DNA of 64,000 nucleotides, from the NCBI GenBank assembly GCA_050014195.1, contig JBEKDT010000016.1, positions 1-64,000 on the forward strand, read 5' to 3'. Positions within the stretch are counted from its first letter, which is position 1. The number at the start of each line of letters is the position of its first letter. The DNA is from Desulfomonilia bacterium (GTDB lineage: Bacteria > Desulfobacterota > Desulfomonilia > UBA1062). The translations under genes were made by a program, and so were the position numbers. Under the pieces are notes generated by a model that saw only the letters and a program-made list of their open reading frames with translations, ran no database searches and was not told where the DNA came from. Positions 58,748 through 64,000 of this stretch are shown here, in pieces.

Positions 58748-60181
58748 TCACGGCGCTACTTCCCACCCACCACCCAGGGCCTTGTAAAGGGCGATGAGAT
58801 CGGTGACGATGCTGCGCTCGCTCTGCACCAACGCATCCTGGGAAGAATAGAGCGAACGCTGGGCATTGAGCACGTTGAGAAAATCTGTCATGCCTTCCGT
58901 GTAGAGCTGCAGTGACAGGTCCACGGCCTTTTCATTGGCCGCAACAGCATCGTAAAGCACTTTACGATGTTGCTGCTCCTTGGAATATGCGATGAGCGCA
59001 TTCTCCACATCCTGTAGCGCCCCCAGCACCGTTTCCTGGTACGTGATCAAGGCCTGGTCCCGGAGCGCTTCCTGCACGTGGATGTTCGATACGATGGCGC
59101 CCCCTTCAAAAATGGACCACGTGGCCGCGGGACCGACAAAGAATGAGCGATTGGTTTTTGTCAACCAGGAGCCGAACTGGTTATTCTTCCAGTCCACTTC
59201 TCCGGTAAGTGAAAACGCCGGGAAGAGATCCGCGACGGCAACGCCGATCTGGGCAGTGGCGCTGTGAAGCTGGGCTTCGGCCTCACGAATGTCGGGCCGG
59301 CGGCGGAGCAAATCCGATGGTATACCCGCGGGGATCTGTGCAGGTATACCAGGCAGGTTACCTGTGGGCGAAAGCTTTACCAGCAAATCCGCCGGAGGAC
59401 GGGCCAATAGCACGCTCAATGCGTAGATGGATTGTTGCGCTTCGGTTTCAAAGACCGGGATTTGAGACTCGGTCGTCGCGGCGTTGCTGTCCGCATTTGC
59501 GACATCGAGCCCGCTGTCGAATCCGACTTTGTATAGCTTGCGTGTGATCTCTGCGGTGTGCTGCTGGCTTTTCAGATTATTTTGCGCAACCACGATCTCC
59601 TGTTGGTAACCTCTAAGTTGGACATAATTGAGCGCCACTTCTGCGATGAGGCTTACCTGCACGTCTTGGAGATTTTCAACAGCGGCCTCTATGTTCGCAT
59701 TCGCCGATTCGACCGCTCGGCGCTGGCCGCCGAATATATCGAGTTCCCATACCGCATCCAGTCCGGCCTCATAAAGACCTTGTGAACCGTTCCCCGGCGT
59801 GACACCCGCCGTGTGCTCCCGCTGGTAACTGCCGGATCCTGTGACTGACGGCCACAAACCGCCCGCGGCCACGCCACGCATCGCGCGGGCTTGGCGCAGG
59901 CGCGCTTCAGCGAGCGCGAGATCAAGATTCGCCTTGAGAGCCTCATCGACCAGCGCGCTCAATGTCGGGTCATTGAACTGCCGCCACCACCCCGCGAGGT
60001 CCGCCGGTTGCTCCGTCACGACGGACGGTTGTCCGGTCTTCTCCACACCGACCCACGCACCGGGGAGCGCTGCCGGCTGCGGAGTGCGATAATCCGGTCC
60101 GCTCATGCACCCGCTCAACAGCAACATAACCAAACCAAGTGCCCCAACCGGGACCAAGTGCCATTGTTCCTTCACCTTCAT
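58748..60181 (-). CDS. NodT-family outer membrane efflux lipoprotein
   Basis: LSGCMSGPDY, WWRQFNDP, WELDIFGG, PSDLLRRRPD, YKALGGGW. Confidence 0.9.
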   Translation of the reverse strand: MKVKEQWHLVPVGALGLVMLLLSGCMSGPDYRTPQPAALPGAWVGVEKTGQPSVVTEQPADLAGWWRQFNDPTLSALVDEALKANLDLALAEARLRQARAMRGVAAGGLWPSVTGSGSYQREHTAGVTPGNGSQGLYEAGLDAVWELDIFGGQRRAVESANANIEAAVENLQDVQVSLIAEVALNYVQLRGYQQEIVVAQNNLKSQQHTAEITRKLYKVGFDSGLDVANADSNAATTESQIPVFETEAQQSIYALSVLLARPPADLLVKLSPTGNLPGIPAQIPAGIPSDLLRRRPDIREAEAQLHSATAQIGVAVADLFPAFSLTGEVDWKNNQFGSWLTKTNRSFFVGPAATWSIFEGGAIVSNIHVQEALRDQALITYQETVLGALQDVENALIAYSKEQQHRKVLYDAVAANEKAVDLSLQLYTEGMTDFLNVLNAQRSLYSSQDALVQSERSIVTDLIALYKALGGGWEVAP

Positions 60182-60188
60182 CACTACC

Positions 60189-61562
60189 TCATTCATACCT
60201 AAGCGCGTCGATGGGATCGAGCCGCGAGCCCTTCCATGCCGGATAGAAACCGAAAATAACGCCCACACTTGCGGACACGACCACGGCCGCCACGATCGCA
60301 CCCACAGAAGGCGCTGTCGGCCAATGGAGCACCTTAGATACAAGATAGGAAGTGCCACGACCGAGAATGATGCCCATGATGCCGCCGAGCAGACAAAGCA
60401 CGACGGCCTCTATCAAGAATTGCTGCAGGATGTCGTTCGGCTCGGCGCCGACCGCCATGCGAAGGCCGATCTCGTGCGTTCGCTCGGTCACCGAGACGAG
60501 CATGATGTTCATAATGCCAACGCCGCCCACCACGAGCGAGATCATGGCCACGTACAGGAGTAGTCTGGTTATCAGCTCTGTAGTCGAACTCATTGCCTTG
60601 GTAATCTCGGTCATGTCACGAACTCTGAAATCGTCCGGATCAGCCGCGAGGAGGTGGTGACGTTCCCGCAGCACGGCCGTCATTTGCCCGATGGCGGAAG
60701 GAATCGCGTCCGCTCCCTTGGCGGCGGTAAGGATCTGGTCCACGTTGGTAAACCGGATAGGTTGCGGCAGGTCCGCCTGCTCGATGCTCGACGGAACCGG
60801 ATAGCGGCTCGAGGTAATGTTCGGATAGATTTGGCTGAGCGAATTGACTTCCGTGGTGTTCGACGTATTGGTGGCGCTCTGGTTGCCGCTCGAAAGGGAG
60901 GTGGCAACCACGCGGTATTTGATCGTCGTCCAAGGCGCGAGGAGGGTATCGTCCTGGTCCTGGCCCATCAAGTTCGCTCCCTTTTGCCTCAACACGCCGA
61001 TGACCTTGAAGGTGACATTCCGGATGCGGATCTCCTTGCCGACGGGCGATTGTCCGCCGAACAACTCCCTCACGATCGTTTGGCCGACCATACACACTTT
61101 GCTCAAGTTGAGGACGTCATGCTCGGTGAACGCTTCGCCTTGGTCCATACCGGTCCAGTCGCGCACCTTTAAAAACGACGGGGTGGTGCCATAGATGGAC
61201 GTAGGCACCCAGTTGCGGTTGCCGTACACCAGCTGCGCGCGGGCGCGCACGATCGGCGCCACGCTCGCGATAGCGGGACACTCCTTCAGAACCGCATCCG
61301 CGTCCTGCGGCGTCAGCGTCATCATGCTCCCGACGCCCATGTTGATGCCGCCGATATTTTGAGCCCCCGGTATGATCACCAGGGTATTGGCGCCTATACT
61401 CGTCATGGTGCGCTGAATGGCGATGGATGCGCCGTTGCCGATCTCCATCATGGTGATGACTGCGGCAACGCCGATGACAATGCCGAGCGTGGTGAGCAGC
61501 GTGCGCATGATGTTCCGTCGAAGCGCACCTGCAGCCGTCTTCAGGATGCCATACAACCTCAT
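60189..61562 (-). CDS. MacB-type ABC permease
   Basis: RTLLTTLGIVIGV, VGGVGIMNIMLVSVTERTHEIGLRMAVGA, PIDALRYE. Confidence 0.92.
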   Translation of the reverse strand: MRLYGILKTAAGALRRNIMRTLLTTLGIVIGVAAVITMMEIGNGASIAIQRTMTSIGANTLVIIPGAQNIGGINMGVGSMMTLTPQDADAVLKECPAIASVAPIVRARAQLVYGNRNWVPTSIYGTTPSFLKVRDWTGMDQGEAFTEHDVLNLSKVCMVGQTIVRELFGGQSPVGKEIRIRNVTFKVIGVLRQKGANLMGQDQDDTLLAPWTTIKYRVVATSLSSGNQSATNTSNTTEVNSLSQIYPNITSSRYPVPSSIEQADLPQPIRFTNVDQILTAAKGADAIPSAIGQMTAVLRERHHLLAADPDDFRVRDMTEITKAMSSTTELITRLLLYVAMISLVVGGVGIMNIMLVSVTERTHEIGLRMAVGAEPNDILQQFLIEAVVLCLLGGIMGIILGRGTSYLVSKVLHWPTAPSVGAIVAAVVVSASVGVIFGFYPAWKGSRLDPIDALRYE

Positions 61563-62251
61563 GGGGCATCTCCTGAGTGTTCTACGAGGCCGTCCTTGAT
61601 GCGAATGATCCGTCCGGCGTATTGCGCCACGCCGGGATCATGGGTGACGAGGATGATAGTGATGCCATCGTCCCTGTTGAGCTGCTGGAACATCCGGAGT
61701 AATTCCTCGCTCGTGTGCGAGTCGAGGTTGCCGGTCGGCTCGTCCGCGAGGAGTATCTCGGGCTGGTTGATCAGCGCCCTGGCGATTGCTACGCGCTGCT
61801 GTTCCCCTCCAGAGAGTTGGGACGGCTGGTGATCGCTCCGGTCTGCCAGGCCGACCTTGCGGAGCAGTTCCACGGCGCGCTCTTTCTTTTGGTGCTCGCT
61901 CAGGTTCTCCCTCGAATACGTGAGCGGCATCAGGACGTTCTCCAATGCACTGGTGCGCGGCAGCAGGTTGAAGTTTTGGAAAACAAAACCGATTATCCGA
62001 TTTCGCAGCCGGGCCTGTTCCCTGTGGGTGAGGCCGGAAATCTCCCGGCCGTCCAGTAAGTAATCTCCTGAAGTCGGGTGATCGAGGCACCCGAGGATGT
62101 GCATCAGCGTACTCTTTCCGGAGCCGCTGGCGCCCATTAAGGCCGCGAGTTCGCCGCGGCTGATGCCAAGCGACACGCCCTTGAGCACCGGTAGGTCGAC
62201 CTCGCCGAGATGGTAGGTCTTGCGAATATCGTGCAGTTCGATTAGGTCCAT
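61559..62251 (-). CDS. ABC ATP-binding protein (MacB/LolD-type)
   Basis: GASGSGKST, LSGGEQQR, LADEPTGNLD, VTHD. Confidence 0.93.
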   Translation of the reverse strand: MDLIELHDIRKTYHLGEVDLPVLKGVSLGISRGELAALMGASGSGKSTLMHILGCLDHPTSGDYLLDGREISGLTHREQARLRNRIIGFVFQNFNLLPRTSALENVLMPLTYSRENLSEHQKKERAVELLRKVGLADRSDHQPSQLSGGEQQRVAIARALINQPEILLADEPTGNLDSHTSEELLRMFQQLNRDDGITIILVTHDPGVAQYAGRIIRIKDGLVEHSGDAP

Positions 62252-62279
62252 GACTTTCGCCGCTCCCTTACCGGCTTGT

Positions 62280-63617
62280 TTAGCGTTCAGTGCCGGAAGG
62301 CGGGGCTCCCTGGCTTTGGCTCTGAGACCGTCCACGGCCGATTTGAGGCGTGAAAGGATTGCGGTCGGTGCTCGGGGCTGCTTCGGCCTCCCGCATCCCT
62401 TCGCCTATGACCACGCGCAGGCCCTCGGTCAAACCCCTGCCCTCGACCTCGGTGGATGCGCCGTCTGTCAACCCGGTCTTCACGCGAATAGGTCGCACGA
62501 ACTTGCCTTGCTCGACCCAGATGATTCCACGCGAGCCGGCAATGTCAGAGCCGTGGTCCCGATGCCCGGATCTTTTGCGAGAGTCCGGCACTATCTGGTT
62601 GGGCCGCGGCGACCAACTAAGCGCCGCATTCGGGACCATGAGCACACCGTGCCGGCTGCCGATTTGGAATTGGGCGTTAGCCGTCTGATAAGGCAGGAGC
62701 TTGCCGTCTTCGTTGTCGGTGTCGACCGCGACTGTGTACGTGACGACATTTTGCGTCATCGTCGCGTTGAGCCGAACCTGGTCGACATGTCCATGAAACA
62801 CCCGGCCGGGATATGCATCCACGGTGAACGTCACCGGCTGGCCTCTGGAAATGCTGCCGATGTCGGCCTCGTTGACCGACAACCACACCTGAATATGCTT
62901 AAGGTCACTCGCTATGAGGAATAGGCTCGGCGCGCTCAGGCTGGATACAACGGTCTGACCGATGTTAACCCGCCGGTCAATAACCACACCATTGACCGGC
63001 GACTTGATGGTACAGTAATCGAGATTGATGCGCGCAGTGTTGAGGTTGGCCTTAGCCTGTGCCACCGCTGCCTTTGCCTGCTCAACGGCGGCTATGGCCG
63101 CTGCAAGATTGGCCTTTGCAACCTCGTAATTGGCTTGGTATTGATCGTAGGCGCTCTGCGCCAATGCATCGGATGGCCCGAGCTTCTGCGCACGGTTCCA
63201 GTCCGCCTGAGCCTGCAACAACTTCGCCTTCATCTGGAGCACATTGGCATCGGCGCTGATTTTGTTGGCCTCGTTCTGCTGGAGTTGGGCCTTGGCGGTT
63301 TCCAGTGCAGCAGCATACAGTGAATCATCAATTCTCGCCAGTACCGTTCCTGCCTCCACAACGGAACCCCAGTCGATAGGTTTCCCGCGACTGTCCTTGC
63401 CAAAGGCGTTAATCACTCCAGCAACCTGTGCGCCTATGTCCACTGAGGCAATCGGCTCGATCGTGCCTGTTGCACTGATGGTAGTCACCAGATCCCCCCG
63501 TCTTACAGGGGTAGTATGGAATACCTGCCCCTTATCCCTTCCGGACCGGTACGACCACACGCCGACAACGGCAAGCCCGACAACCACCAAAACTACGATT
63601 ATTACTGTTCGTCGCAT
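62280..63617 (-). CDS. MacA-type periplasmic adaptor
   Basis: N-terminal TM, ISATGTIEP, IKSPVNGVVIDR, GQTVVSSLSAP, EADIG, FTVDAYP. Confidence 0.9.
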   Translation of the reverse strand: MRRTVIIVVLVVVGLAVVGVWSYRSGRDKGQVFHTTPVRRGDLVTTISATGTIEPIASVDIGAQVAGVINAFGKDSRGKPIDWGSVVEAGTVLARIDDSLYAAALETAKAQLQQNEANKISADANVLQMKAKLLQAQADWNRAQKLGPSDALAQSAYDQYQANYEVAKANLAAAIAAVEQAKAAVAQAKANLNTARINLDYCTIKSPVNGVVIDRRVNIGQTVVSSLSAPSLFLIASDLKHIQVWLSVNEADIGSISRGQPVTFTVDAYPGRVFHGHVDQVRLNATMTQNVVTYTVAVDTDNEDGKLLPYQTANAQFQIGSRHGVLMVPNAALSWSPRPNQIVPDSRKRSGHRDHGSDIAGSRGIIWVEQGKFVRPIRVKTGLTDGASTEVEGRGLTEGLRVVIGEGMREAEAAPSTDRNPFTPQIGRGRSQSQSQGAPPSGTER

Positions 63618-63800
63618 ACTTCTCTCCCGTTACGATTATGGACGTATGGATGACCGCAATACAACGCAATCCATATACCACGGGGCCATGAGGTGGAGCA
63701 GATAGCCGGCCGCGTAGTCAGGACATGGAGATGGGCTGTCCAATATCCAATATATTCGCTGTCTGAGCACGTTTTCTTAAGGCGCATTCTAACAAAGCCG

Positions 63801-63844
63801 TTTAGCTGTTTAGGACGTCTGAGATATCAGAAATGTCTACACAG
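63801..63844 (-). promoter_or_regulatory. Conserved 44-bp upstream motif, putative ECF-sigma promoter (copy 2)
   Basis: 39/44 identical to 58686-58729; lies upstream of the MacA-type operon. Confidence 0.55.
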
Positions 63845-64000
63845 AGAGAAATGGGAGATATGAGGGGCCGAGCTTCCCGCCCTTACCTGCCCGACCCCAT
63901 CGGGACCGATTATCGGCAGCGAAGTCTTATACTGTCTGATCCACCTGAGTAGCTGAAGTGGTCTGGGATGCTGAGTTTGCTGACCCTACGTATTGTTGAA

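Noticed and set aside
63602-63787. 61-aa ORF upstream of the MacA-type gene
   Set aside because: No clear RBS or motif; probably 5' untranslated sequence.

Overview
Bacterial chromosomal window; the gene content suggests an anaerobic deltaproteobacterium (Desulfobacterota-like), which is an inference. Left to right: (1) the 3' end of a TolC/MdtA-like/RND efflux operon, followed by a REP cluster and a heptamer tandem repeat. (2) A reverse-strand AmmeMemoRadiSam operon in which the radical SAM enzyme has a Tat signal, the Memo-AMMECR1 fusion has a Sec-type signal, and a membrane spermidine-synthase-like gene sits between them. (3) A 5.6-kb insert (ATP-dependent activator, two 2-hydroxyacyl-CoA dehydratase/aryl-CoA reductase-family subunits, TetR) flanked by a 623-bp direct duplication of host sequence. 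(4) A 27-kb lipid/acyl-CoA catabolic island flanked by a second, 280-bp direct duplication. It holds a sigma54 activator and two convergent, paralogous operons with SCP2, acyl-CoA dehydrogenases, a DUF2148-like pair, SCPx-type thiolases, nitroreductase/ferredoxin modules and CoA ligases. (5) A candidate structured RNA with a terminator, exported thioredoxin-fold and peroxiredoxin genes, MdtABC plus an outer-membrane factor, two surface lipoproteins, a Spy-like protein and a MacAB-OMF pump. I saw no integrase, rRNA, tRNA or CRISPR array. All family calls come from motif recognition by eye, not from database searches.
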